This document shows, piece by piece, positions 1-9,596 of a stretch of 64,000 nt of DNA. Origin of the DNA: a virus (taxonomy: Duplodnaviria; Caudoviricetes); the IMG/VR virus record IMGVR_UViG_3300005512_000003, one strand, 5' to 3'. The position numbers and the translations under genes are program-made. The notes beneath the pieces are model-generated. The model worked only from the letters and a program-made list of their open reading frames with translations. It was not told the origin of the DNA and did no database searches. How positions within the stretch are numbered: the first letter of the stretch is position 1; the number at the start of each line of letters is the position of its first letter.

Positions 1-2
1 AA

Positions 3-290
3 CTACAAGAGGAAATCTACAAAAGCATTTTTGCATTTGCTTCGATGTCAAAGACTGAGAAGGTGAATCACATTGATAAACTTCAGGAACTTCTAGAAGT
101 TCAGAAGGTTCTTTACATGCGGTTGAGTCTCTCCGACGATCCAGAGGCAGTAAAGATGAAAGAGCAGATTATGGACTCTGCACTCATGATGGGTCTCCCT
201 AAGGGGACTGATATGAATACCTTATTTGCCAACATGACTAAGATGATTTCTCTTATGAGAGACCAGCTTGACGCCACCGACCTGCCTTGA
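3..290 (+). CDS. Conserved cyanophage protein (DUF1825-like), 5'-truncated by the window edge
   Basis: Frame is open from nt 3 (LQEEIYKSIFAFASMSK...). The YMRLSLSDDPEA motif and the position just upstream of gp32 match this family as I recall it. Confidence 0.7.
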   Translation, partial: LQEEIYKSIFAFASMSKTEKVNHIDKLQELLEVQKVLYMRLSLSDDPEAVKMKEQIMDSALMMGLPKGTDMNTLFANMTKMISLMRDQLDATDLP

Positions 291-296
291 TATGAT
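268..296 (+). promoter_or_regulatory. sigma70-type promoter for gp32
   Basis: TTGACG-N17-TATGAT. Confidence 0.6.
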
Positions 297-341
297 AACG
301 AGGTACACAAAAGCCAAATACGTACAAACACAACGAATCCT

Positions 342-1292
342 ATGTCTTTCGCAAATCTCAAAAAGCAGTCCTCCCTCGGTTCTCTGACCTCTAAACTGGT
401 CAAGGAAGTGGAGAAGATGAACAATATTGGTGGTGGCGGTGATGACCGTCTCTGGAAACCAGAACTGGACAAGACTGGTAATGGTTATGCCGTTATCCGT
501 TTCCTTCCCGCACCTGATGGAGAAGATCTTCCTTGGGCAAAGATCTACACTCATGCTTTTCAAGGTCCTGGTGGTTGGTACATTGAAAACTCTTTGACCA
601 CACTCAACCAGAAGGATCCCGTTTCTGAATACAATCGCGAACTGTGGAACAGTGGTAGCGATAAGGACAAAGAGATTGTCCGCAAGCAGAAGCGTAAACT
701 GTCTTACTACAGCAACATCTATGTTGTTAAGGATCCTACCAATCCTCAAAACGAAGGTAAAGTCTTCCTCTTCAAGTATGGTAAGAAGATCTTTGATAAG
801 GTCATGGCAGCAATGCAACCTGAGTTTGAAGATGAAACTCCCATCAACCCATTTGACTTCTGGGGTGGTGCTAACTTCAAACTGAAGATTCGCAAAGTCG
901 ATGGTTACTGGAACTACGACAAGTCCGAGTTTGATCGTGCTGAGGCACTTCTTGATGATGACGACGCTCTGGAATCCCTCTGGAAGAAAGAGTATTCTCT
1001 GACTGAGATCGTTGCTCCTTCACAGTTCAAAGATTATGATACTCTGAAGAAGCGTCTTGACTCTGTTCTCGGTGCCAAACCTGCTTCTCGTCCTCGTTTC
1101 GATGAGGAGACTGATAATGAAGATACTGATCGCGGGTCATTCGCACCTGACTTCGGTTCTCGCAAGCAAGAGTCTGAACTTCCTCAAGACCTCAAGACTG
1201 AACTGAACAACCTCAGTAGTTCTTCTGCGAGCACTTCTGATGAAGATGAGGATGATGCCCTGTCTTATTTCCAACGTCTTGCCGACTCATGA
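342..1292 (+). CDS. gp32: Single-stranded DNA-binding protein, T4 gp32 family
   Basis: DDRLWKP..DKTGNGYAVIRFLP, GGWYIENSLTT, FKYGKKIFDK, NYDKSEF motifs and acidic C-terminal tail. Confidence 0.97.
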   Translation: MSFANLKKQSSLGSLTSKLVKEVEKMNNIGGGGDDRLWKPELDKTGNGYAVIRFLPAPDGEDLPWAKIYTHAFQGPGGWYIENSLTTLNQKDPVSEYNRELWNSGSDKDKEIVRKQKRKLSYYSNIYVVKDPTNPQNEGKVFLFKYGKKIFDKVMAAMQPEFEDETPINPFDFWGGANFKLKIRKVDGYWNYDKSEFDRAEALLDDDDALESLWKKEYSLTEIVAPSQFKDYDTLKKRLDSVLGAKPASRPRFDEETDNEDTDRGSFAPDFGSRKQESELPQDLKTELNNLSSSSASTSDEDEDDALSYFQRLADS

Positions 1293-1702
1293 AACTCGCA
1301 CTTGCAGCACTTCTTCTTTTGTCCTCTGCTCTGCCTGCAGTAGCAGGTGGTCCTCATTACCGCTCTAGAGGTGGTTGGGCAGAAGAAGAGAAGTGCTACC
1401 GAAAGGAATATCGTGAAGAGTATGTTCCTGGTACTTCAAAATCTCCTGGTTATGTAAAAACATATCGGGAACGAGTTGAAGTTCCTTGTGAGCGTAAACC
1501 TCATACTCATTATGTTCCATCTGCTCCACCAAACGTGGGGAACACCAAAGATGACAACTCTTGTGTTGAGGGTTCTATTATCGGTGGTATTCTTGGTGGT
1601 GCCGCTGGTGGAACTCTAGCCACAAAGAAAAACTGGATCTGGTCAATCCCAGCAGGAGTTGTGAGTGGAGCAATGGTTGGTTGCCAAGTTGATGGTGGTT
1701 GA
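1289..1702 (+). CDS. Secreted/membrane protein with signal peptide and glycine-zipper C-terminus
   Basis: Hydrophobic N-terminus (MKLALAALLLLSSALPAVA) and GSIIGGILGGAAGG...GAMVG. Confidence 0.65.
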   Translation: MKLALAALLLLSSALPAVAGGPHYRSRGGWAEEEKCYRKEYREEYVPGTSKSPGYVKTYRERVEVPCERKPHTHYVPSAPPNVGNTKDDNSCVEGSIIGGILGGAAGGTLATKKNWIWSIPAGVVSGAMVGCQVDGG

Positions 1703-2365
1703 TTAGAAACTGAATATTCTAAGGTTATCTCCTTTCTTCAAGGTTTTACTCACATACTGAGTAGAACCTTTTTTGTATTTGAGGAGTTTTCTCATGTCAT
1801 CAAATACAAGGTTTAAGTATTCAGGTCTTAAGTATCTGATTCTTCTCTTCTCTTCTTGGAGTTTGGTTTCATATTCTTTATTGGTAACTTCATATGTGAA
1901 GTTTGTAGCAGTTCTTGGTTGAGAAACGTCGTAGAAAGATATAGAGTAATCTTGTGGTACACGAAGACCCTCTGGAACTATGATTGCTCCTGCTCCATCT
2001 CTTAACTCATTTGTTTCATAATGATGAACCGCTTCAATTTCTTCATATGATCCATACTTGTCTAAGAGATAGTTCTCAAAAGACTGCTGATTCAATGGCC
2101 ATTCTTCATACACATTGATAATATTATTAGCAAGAAGAACTAACCAACCCAAGTCCTCATCTTCATAGATGTCATATGCAACATCATTAGGTTGTTGATC
2201 GGCAAAAATATTATAGTCAACGAAGTGTGTCAGATCATTGTAAACATCATCACGAAGTTTAACTCGTTTGAATAAGTTTTTAACAGTGATATAATCACCG
2301 ATGTTCTTTGCACCAGCAACTCTGCTGATGTAATCGAAGTTTGGAACGTTAGAAAAGTAAGACAT
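1703..2365 (-). CDS. gp53: Baseplate wedge subunit, gp53-like (LysM-like)
   Basis: MSYFSNVPNFDY, P..VAYDIY...WLVLLANNI.NVYEEWP, HHYET; synteny. Confidence 0.88.
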   Translation of the reverse strand: MSYFSNVPNFDYISRVAGAKNIGDYITVKNLFKRVKLRDDVYNDLTHFVDYNIFADQQPNDVAYDIYEDEDLGWLVLLANNIINVYEEWPLNQQSFENYLLDKYGSYEEIEAVHHYETNELRDGAGAIIVPEGLRVPQDYSISFYDVSQPRTATNFTYEVTNKEYETKLQEEKRRIRYLRPEYLNLVFDDMRKLLKYKKGSTQYVSKTLKKGDNLRIFSF

Positions 2366-2366
2366 A

Positions 2367-3680
2367 TCAGTAACCTATATCGTCGGGTGCTGGTGATGAG
2401 GTGCTTCCTGTTGGGTAACCCTCCGCATATTCTTCAGCGAATACAGGCTCAAGTTCTTGGAAACTCAAATCCATACGGTAAGCAGTCATAGTCTTTTTGC
2501 CATCATTAAAGGTTGAGTACGTTCCGCCAGGAGTGTAATCAACGCTCATTTGAAGGAGAGCACATTCTTTAAATCTGTTGATAGCACCATGCTCTTCACC
2601 ACCTGCTTGCATAAATTTCACTCGGAATATATCAGGTGCTTTTAGAAAGATACCATTACTTCCACTCTTCACTGCCATTGACTGCTTAAGGGCTCTAATG
2701 ATCTTTCTGACATTAGTTGCTTCACCTTCATCACGAGGAGACATAAAGAATGACAGTGAGAAAGGTCTCAGTTCTGGACCCTGAAAGAGCAACTCAAGGT
2801 TTGGGTTGGCGATTGCACCAGTTAATCTGGAGAGTAATCCTTGAGCACCTGATGCTTTCTGGAGTAACTGAGTTATGATTGCTTCTTTGACATCCTGCGC
2901 TGCTAGTGCATCTTTGATTGCCGCTGTAGCTCCAGTAAGATCTCCATCAGATGCTTGATCAGCAGCACCAGCAGCACCAACTTGCAGTGGATTCATCTCT
3001 TGCCCACTCCATTTGACCATATTCTGGTCTTTGATTCCTGCTTGGATTGGTAAGATTATAGTATTACCAATCTCAAAGTTTCTATCACTAAATCCAATGC
3101 TTCCTCCAACATTATTGAATGTCTTCTTTCCATACTTCAAAATAGTAATAGAAATACAATCTTGAGTACCCAGATCTATATCCGCAGGATATCTTAATCC
3201 AGAATAGTTTGCATCTTGGAAGAAATTATCTGCACCACCTTGAATGGTTATATTGCCAATATCCTCAAGACTTGGATTTGTTCCAGGCACTGCTGTAGAT
3301 GGAGTATTTAAGAGTTCTTCTCTTTCACTTTGAGATCCATTATCTTCAACTTGTCCGATTCTTATATCATTTAAATCTTGTACGAGTTGACTAGTTGAGC
3401 TAGAAATCTCGCTTTCTATTTCATCTGCAATTGCTTCTGAATTATCTCCTTGACCAATGCCAGCAGAAATCTCAGGTCTACCAGCCAAGTTGTTTATTGA
3501 ATCATCCTTTGATGGCTTCCATTGATATCCATCTTCTCTATTTGATGTAAATGTAGGACCAAGATCTCCATGTCGCCACCACTCCATATCACCGTTTTCG
3601 GTATTGACAATGACAAATCCATTGACAGTCTTTTTTGGATCACCGAAACTCAGTGGTACGTCTTTTGTAACCTGCGCCAT
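2367..3680 (-). CDS. gp48: Baseplate tail-tube cap, gp48-like
   Basis: NPNLELLFQGPELRPFSLSF.MSPR...E, FKECAL..MSVDYTP, LSFQELEP. Confidence 0.88.
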   Translation of the reverse strand: MAQVTKDVPLSFGDPKKTVNGFVIVNTENGDMEWWRHGDLGPTFTSNREDGYQWKPSKDDSINNLAGRPEISAGIGQGDNSEAIADEIESEISSSTSQLVQDLNDIRIGQVEDNGSQSEREELLNTPSTAVPGTNPSLEDIGNITIQGGADNFFQDANYSGLRYPADIDLGTQDCISITILKYGKKTFNNVGGSIGFSDRNFEIGNTIILPIQAGIKDQNMVKWSGQEMNPLQVGAAGAADQASDGDLTGATAAIKDALAAQDVKEAIITQLLQKASGAQGLLSRLTGAIANPNLELLFQGPELRPFSLSFFMSPRDEGEATNVRKIIRALKQSMAVKSGSNGIFLKAPDIFRVKFMQAGGEEHGAINRFKECALLQMSVDYTPGGTYSTFNDGKKTMTAYRMDLSFQELEPVFAEEYAEGYPTGSTSSPAPDDIGY

Positions 3681-3700
3681 ATCTAGAGCACTTTGTGTAG

Positions 3701-4051
3701 TTATTTAGTGAGCATTTTTTCATAAGAGAGTTCTCTCATATAATCAATCTCTCCATGATAAACTCTGTGCAGTTGACCAACGATCTCTGCCCAAGTATAG
3801 GCTCTAGGTTTTCTCCAGTGATAGTTCATACCACGAAATCCCCATTGGAAGATATCAGTCACTGCGACCAATGGGTATTGATCGTAAGTAATATTTGGAG
3901 TCTTAGGAATATAAATGAAGGTATAATAAAGTCCAGTATCAGGAACAAGTTCTTGTTCCGTGAAAAGTTCTATAATATTTTCCATGATAAAGTCGGCATC
4001 ATTTGAGTTGCCAACTCTTTCTCTAAGTTCAAGTGTTCGGTCTAACGCCAT
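3701..4051 (-). CDS. DNA end-protector-like protein (short gp2-like)
   Basis: GLYYTFIY.PK...YDQYPLV...GFRGMNYH resembles the gp2 core; adjacent to gp4. Confidence 0.55.
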   Translation of the reverse strand: MALDRTLELRERVGNSNDADFIMENIIELFTEQELVPDTGLYYTFIYIPKTPNITYDQYPLVAVTDIFQWGFRGMNYHWRKPRAYTWAEIVGQLHRVYHGEIDYMRELSYEKMLTK

Positions 4052-4494
4052 TGATTGACACCGAGTTCTTTTTCCGTTATGATCTTAAAGTTAATTCTAT
4101 GATCTTTGCAGAACTCAACTGCTGCTTCCCACTTCGCTTGATTTACTGCCCAAGTCTTACTCTCATAGATGAAAGATTTGGTAACTCTCTTACCTTTCTT
4201 GGGTGGTCGAGTCTGCTTATCAGGTTTCACTTCAATCAAGTATGTTTTTGTTTCACCAGTGGTCTCTTTGACTTTGATTAAAAAGTCTGGATAGTAACGG
4301 TGAACTCTATTATCTAATGGAGAAACATAGGGGATAGCAACTTCTTCGCTTGCCCATTGTATAATGTTAGTGTTTAAGTCTGCCCAGTAACAAAATCTTC
4401 TTTCCCAAGAGGACCTACAAACGATATTGTTTGGGTTCCCAACATATTTGTTAGGATAAGAAGGTTTGTATTTGGACTTTATACTTTCTCCCAT
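4042..4494 (-). CDS. gp4: Head completion nuclease gp4 (TnsA-like)
   Basis: KY.GNP..IV.RSSWER, WASEE..IPY, HRYYPDF, IEVKP, NQAKW.AA. Confidence 0.93.
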   Translation of the reverse strand: MGESIKSKYKPSYPNKYVGNPNNIVCRSSWERRFCYWADLNTNIIQWASEEVAIPYVSPLDNRVHRYYPDFLIKVKETTGETKTYLIEVKPDKQTRPPKKGKRVTKSFIYESKTWAVNQAKWEAAVEFCKDHRINFKIITEKELGVNQWR

Positions 4495-4522
4495 TTAGTG
4501 TATACATAATATATAAGTAAAA

Positions 4523-4530
4523 CTATTTAT
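4523..4530 (-). promoter_or_regulatory. T4-type late promoter TATAAATA for gp4/gp2-like
   Basis: Plus strand reads TATTTATA in the divergent gp4/gp54 intergenic region. Confidence 0.65.
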
Positions 4531-4532
4531 AG

Positions 4533-5180
4533 ATGGCAGTCCCAGCGCCAAGAAAACAAAGTATGAGTGCGTTGAAGTCTAAAATACTTCAACCATCTCT
4601 GACATCACATTATGAGGTTTATATACAAGCTCCACCAGAAGTAAACTCCACCCTCTCCCTTACAAATTCTGGTCCAGGACTTGATGTTGGAGGAAATAAA
4701 CGAGAGGATAGACTTACTGTACCTTGTGCTGAAGCATCTCTTCCAGGAACTCGTGTGGCAACGCATGAGTTAAAGGATGATTATACGGGTGTTACACAAA
4801 AACACGCATATAGAAGATTATATGATGACTCAGCGAACTTTACTTTCTATGTGGATGCTGAAGAGTATTATGTAATCCGTTACTTTGAGGGATGGTTAAG
4901 TTGGATTCACCAGGAAAATTTTTCTGGTCCCGACAGACAAGTCTTCGCTCAAAACTTTAATCATAGAATGGCATTCCCCAGAAGTTATTATGCCACTGAA
5001 CTGAGTATCACAAAGTTTGAAAGAGATTATAATATACAAAGTGGCAAACTAGTATATCAGTTTAGGGATGCTTTCCCGATAGGCATCTCTGCAATGCCCA
5101 TGTCATATGACTCTTCGCAGTTAATGAAGTGTACGGTTGAGTTCCAGTTCAGCCGCTACATCGTAGACCGCTCAACGTAG
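4533..5180 (+). CDS. Baseplate tail-tube initiator (gp54/gp19-fold)
   Basis: CAEASLPG..., YQFRDAFPIGI..MP.SYD...KCTVEFQF; synteny. Confidence 0.7.
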   Translation: MAVPAPRKQSMSALKSKILQPSLTSHYEVYIQAPPEVNSTLSLTNSGPGLDVGGNKREDRLTVPCAEASLPGTRVATHELKDDYTGVTQKHAYRRLYDDSANFTFYVDAEEYYVIRYFEGWLSWIHQENFSGPDRQVFAQNFNHRMAFPRSYYATELSITKFERDYNIQSGKLVYQFRDAFPIGISAMPMSYDSSQLMKCTVEFQFSRYIVDRST

Positions 5181-5218
5181 TCTAAATATTCACACTGAAA
5201 TTGTTTTATTAGGATATT

Positions 5219-5935
5219 ATGCCCTTACCAAAGATTTCTACACCAACTTATGAACTTGAGTTGCCATCGACAGGAAAAAATATTAAGTACAGACCTTTCC
5301 TTGTAAGAGAAGAAAAACTCCTTGTCCTTGCAATGGAGTCGGAAGATACTAAACAAATCACTGAAGCAGTCAGAGAAGTTATCAAAAACTGCATTTCAAC
5401 CAGAGGAATCAAAGTAGAAACTCTTCCTACTTTTGATATTGAGTATCTCTTTCTGAACATCAGAGGAAAGTCAGTAGGAGAAGATATTGAGGTCAACCTA
5501 ATCTGCCCAGATGATGGAGTCACTCAGGTTCCAACTACTATTAACATTGATGATATCAAAGTTAGTAAGTCTGATGAACATGAATCTAAGATTGAACTTG
5601 ATAAAAAAGTTTCAATGCAGATGAAGTATCCTTCTCTGGATGAGTTTATCAAGAACAACTTTGATCTCTCTGGTAATACAATGGAGCAATCTTTTGAACT
5701 GATTGCATCTTGTATTGATAGCATTTATGATGATGAGGAAGTTTGGAGTGCAGCAGATTGCACCAAGAAAGAACTTCTTGCATTCTTAGATCAACTCAAC
5801 TCTGCTCAGTTTAAGAAGATTGAGAAGTTCTTTGAGACCATGCCGAAACTGAGTCACGAAGTAACTATCACTAATCCAAAAACAAAGGTAGAAAGCAAGG
5901 TTGTTCTTGAGGGATTATCAAGTTTTTTCGCCTAG
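5219..5935 (+). CDS. gp26: Baseplate hub assembly protein gp26
   Basis: MPLPKI.TPTYELELPS...KYRPFLVREEK, FDIEYLFLNIRGKSVGE, C-terminal LEGLSSFF. Confidence 0.93.
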   Translation: MPLPKISTPTYELELPSTGKNIKYRPFLVREEKLLVLAMESEDTKQITEAVREVIKNCISTRGIKVETLPTFDIEYLFLNIRGKSVGEDIEVNLICPDDGVTQVPTTINIDDIKVSKSDEHESKIELDKKVSMQMKYPSLDEFIKNNFDLSGNTMEQSFELIASCIDSIYDDEEVWSAADCTKKELLAFLDQLNSAQFKKIEKFFETMPKLSHEVTITNPKTKVESKVVLEGLSSFFA

Positions 5936-5937
5936 GC

Positions 5938-6117
5938 ATGTGCCATATGGATCTGGAGAACTACTATCGGACTAACTTTGCCTTGATCCAGTTCCATAAA
6001 TATTCACTGACAGAGATTGAAAATATGATGCCTTGGGAACGTGATGTGTATGTTTCCATGTTGATCGATCATCTAGAAGAGGAAAAACTAAAGGCACAAG
6101 CGGCTAACGGTATCTAA
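5938..6117 (+). CDS. gp51: Baseplate hub assembly catalyst gp51 (not in the ORF track, 59 aa)
   Basis: MCHMDLENYYRTNFALIQFHKYSLTEIENMMPWERDVYVSMLIDHLEEEK; its stop overlaps the next ATG (TAATG). Confidence 0.9.
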   Translation: MCHMDLENYYRTNFALIQFHKYSLTEIENMMPWERDVYVSMLIDHLEEEKLKAQAANGI

Positions 6118-9100
6118 TGGCAAGTAAGGCAGAAAGATTAAGAAAGGCATACGAGTTCAAACTCGGAGCAGATCTTGCTGCTAAGTTAACGGATAGTCAA
6201 CTCAAAATCTTATCTGCATACTACAACTCATTAGATGAGTCAGAACAGAGTGATATTGATAATAAGATCGCAATGGGTATGTCCAACGATCTTACTGACA
6301 TGGCAAGATCCATGGCAGAAGAGAATGAAGAACCTGAAAGACCAGAAGAAAGTCCACCAGAGGGACCACCAGAAGACGAACTAGAACCAGAGGGTCCTTC
6401 TGGTGCGATCACTTTATATGAAGGTGTAAGAGAAACTGATCTTGTTGATGAGGATGTCAGCGAGACGATTCTCCGTGCTTTAGGATTAGAAGAAGTCTTT
6501 GATATTGATTACGGTACATATAGAACTCTCTTAAAAGAGAGAATGATGGCAGATCGCATGGGTCAATCCATGGATTCTGCTGAAGCAGAGGCGATAACAG
6601 AAGAGTTCAAAAGAATTAAAGGGAAGGTAGGTCGCTTCCGTGTTAAGAAGCAAACTGTAGAAACGGGTGGTATCTCTGCTCCAGGTGGTGCAAACAGGGG
6701 AATGAAAAACTTCCTTGCACTAAAAGGTGCTGACACTGAACCAGAAACTCAAGCAGAACCCACTGAGAACTTTACAAAGACTAATAGTATTCTTGATGAG
6801 ATTTTATCTACTATACAGAATCTCTTCAAGTTTGAACAAAGAAGAGATGCAAAAAATCAAAGAGATGCGGATAGAAAAAAGAAACAAGGCAGAGAAGATA
6901 AGTTAGAATCTGGATCGGGTATTGGTAAGGGTCTTGCAAAAGCAGCTTCAGCAATATTGAAACCCATACAGGGTCCACTTGAAGCAATCATAAACTTCTT
7001 GAAGTATACTTTCCTTACTTACATTGTAAAAAATTTATTCAAGTGGTTTGAAAATCCAGATAATCAAAAGAAACTAGAATCTATTGGAAGATTTCTTAAA
7101 GACTGGTGGCCAACATTAGTTGCGGCATATCTTTTATTTGGTAATAGGTTTTCTGGAGCAATACGCTTTCTTGGGAAAATCTTAATTAAAGGAACTGCTA
7201 GACTATTAAAGGTTGCGATTCCAAAGTTACTCAGTCTTATAGGAAGAAATCCGAAAGCAGCGGCTGCAGCAGCATTATTTACTGCTGGTGCAACAGTTCC
7301 GATGCTGTTCCCAGATACGGTTAATGAACAAGAAAGAAAGGTTGAAGAAAAACCTGGATCTAATGAAGATAAGATCAAGCAACTCAAAGACCAGAAAGCA
7401 AACCTCAATCTCCTTCAGAAAATGCAAGGAGTTGGTGCAGAAATTGATGAGCAGATTTTCAAACTTGAGACTGGTGAAACTAAGAGTTATGAGTCTGGTG
7501 GTCAAGTAGAACTACCAAAAGAAGCTTCTCCTGTAGAGGAAAAAAGTGTTGATAAGGGTTTTCTTGGTGGATTGCTTCCATTTTTGGCAATGGGTCCTCT
7601 TGGATTACCGTTGTATGCAGCAACAAAAGGAGTTAACAAAAACGATATTGATAAGAAAATAAAAGATGTTCCTAATGAAGCACTGCTTCCTTTAGGTCCT
7701 CTTGCACTACCCTTATTTGCATATAAAAGTGGTTTAGAAAAGAAAGATAGTATTAGTACTGCATCCAATCAAGATAAGACTTCTCAACCTAAAATTTCTG
7801 GGGGAAATCAATCTAGTATTAGTACTTCATCAAATACATCTAATATTTCATCAGAATCAAATACTTCATTTACTGAAAATATATTATCTACAGTAAATAA
7901 TAATCCATTAATGGCAGCAGCACTTGGCCCTGCTGCTCTTCCATTGATGATGATGGGCAAGATCAATGAAAAAGGAAGTGACCCAGAATCAAAAGAAACT
8001 TCTACTGTCATCAATAATATTGATGGAACAGAACCTTTATCTTGGATGATGAATCCTATCGCGATGGCATCTAGCTTAATGCTTGGAGATACTATATTCA
8101 ATGCCAACAATAAAAAAGATGCCATAAGCACAGCATCAAATCAAGGAAAGAAAGATCCTGCTAGAGACATTACAACTGAAAGTGGAACTGATGTTACAGG
8201 TGCTGGTCCTGATACTCAACTAGTTCCCGCAAGACCTGGTGATATTGTAATGAACAAAGAGACAGTGGATGCCGTTGGACCTGCAGCGTTTGATTCGATT
8301 AGTTCCAACACTGGTGAAACGATAACAGGTGCTGGTCCAGACACTCAAATGATTGCTGCTCGTCCTGGCGAAGTTATTATCAACAGAGAGACTGTCAATC
8401 AAATTGGTGCTGGTTACTTCTTAGGATTGAATAAAAAGTATGGCGGGTCTAATGCCAACAAACCCAAGACCGCAAAGGTTCAGGCAGCGATGGGTGGAGG
8501 ATTTGTTCTTCCTACATTCCAAGGTGGCGGTATGGTTGGTGGACCATCAATGGTAGAAGTTCCCACCTTTGTTGATAAACCAGCATCTGAATATGATGAA
8601 GGTGAAGAGACTCCAAACGTTAGAACACCAAGTCCTGGTGGAGAAGAGGAGAAGAAAGAACAAGAAATAGTATCTGCTGGTGGTGGTGAAGGTGGACCTG
8701 TTGCTCCAGGTTCTACAGCACCTACTGCTGATGGATTGGAAAGTTTAAGTGTTGAACAGTTAAGGCAAAAGTTAGATCCCACTATCACAGGTGCATCCAA
8801 TCCAGCAGTATTCAAAGCAGCAAGGGCAGCAAGAGAAGAAGCAAAAGCGGCAGGTCTGTCAAAAGAAGAGATTGAAAAGAGAGTTTTGATTGCAACCATT
8901 AGAGCAAAAACAAGTCCTCAGATTTCAGGTAATAATAAACCAACTCCTGCAGTTGTGACTTCTTCTAGTTCTTCTAAAGTTGGGGCAACTAGTTCTATGA
9001 TGCCATTAGGAAACTTTAGTTTGAGTGGTAGTAGTGTAGCAGGAAGACCTCCTACTCAAGGTAAACCTCCTGCAGGACCATCAGAGAAGAAAGGTGGATT

Positions 9101-9596
9101 CTTCGGTATGATTAAGAGTGTAGTCAACACAGTAATGCCTCAAGCAGCACCTTTAGTCAATATGATTGGTGGACTCGGAAATACCATCACTAAAGCATTT
9201 GGAGGAGGTGCGGTCAAAGAGAATAGTGGTATGGATATACCTGGTGCAACTGCAGATCGTCAACATATTGATGCTCAACCAGGTGAGTATGTGCTTCCAC
9301 AACAAACTGTTGGGGCACTTGGTGGTCCAAGTGCTATAGATAAAATGGTTGCTAGAACCGATAGCAACTCAACACCAGCAAAACTTGCTCCTGCTTCTAT
9401 GAAGAAACCTGTTCCAGGACCACCAGTCCCAGAAGGAACTGCAAGTATGCAGACCCTCCCAGCAATCACAGGTGGATCTGCTGGTGGTGGAGGAAGACAA
9501 GGAAGTTCAACAGAAAGACAAGTTCCTACTTTCTCTGCCACATCACCTTACACTGGTGATCGCCAGAATAACGCAGACATCTACGGTATCCGATAA
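6117..9596 (+). CDS. Long tail/baseplate hub protein, tape-measure-like (gp29 position)
   Basis: Follows gp26/gp51; helical, amphipathic N-half; three TGAGPDTQ..ARPGE-type repeats. Confidence 0.6.
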   Translation: MASKAERLRKAYEFKLGADLAAKLTDSQLKILSAYYNSLDESEQSDIDNKIAMGMSNDLTDMARSMAEENEEPERPEESPPEGPPEDELEPEGPSGAITLYEGVRETDLVDEDVSETILRALGLEEVFDIDYGTYRTLLKERMMADRMGQSMDSAEAEAITEEFKRIKGKVGRFRVKKQTVETGGISAPGGANRGMKNFLALKGADTEPETQAEPTENFTKTNSILDEILSTIQNLFKFEQRRDAKNQRDADRKKKQGREDKLESGSGIGKGLAKAASAILKPIQGPLEAIINFLKYTFLTYIVKNLFKWFENPDNQKKLESIGRFLKDWWPTLVAAYLLFGNRFSGAIRFLGKILIKGTARLLKVAIPKLLSLIGRNPKAAAAAALFTAGATVPMLFPDTVNEQERKVEEKPGSNEDKIKQLKDQKANLNLLQKMQGVGAEIDEQIFKLETGETKSYESGGQVELPKEASPVEEKSVDKGFLGGLLPFLAMGPLGLPLYAATKGVNKNDIDKKIKDVPNEALLPLGPLALPLFAYKSGLEKKDSISTASNQDKTSQPKISGGNQSSISTSSNTSNISSESNTSFTENILSTVNNNPLMAAALGPAALPLMMMGKINEKGSDPESKETSTVINNIDGTEPLSWMMNPIAMASSLMLGDTIFNANNKKDAISTASNQGKKDPARDITTESGTDVTGAGPDTQLVPARPGDIVMNKETVDAVGPAAFDSISSNTGETITGAGPDTQMIAARPGEVIINRETVNQIGAGYFLGLNKKYGGSNANKPKTAKVQAAMGGGFVLPTFQGGGMVGGPSMVEVPTFVDKPASEYDEGEETPNVRTPSPGGEEEKKEQEIVSAGGGEGGPVAPGSTAPTADGLESLSVEQLRQKLDPTITGASNPAVFKAARAAREEAKAAGLSKEEIEKRVLIATIRAKTSPQISGNNKPTPAVVTSSSSSKVGATSSMMPLGNFSLSGSSVAGRPPTQGKPPAGPSEKKGGFFGMIKSVVNTVMPQAAPLVNMIGGLGNTITKAFGGGAVKENSGMDIPGATADRQHIDAQPGEYVLPQQTVGALGGPSAIDKMVARTDSNSTPAKLAPASMKKPVPGPPVPEGTASMQTLPAITGGSAGGGGRQGSSTERQVPTFSATSPYTGDRQNNADIYGIR

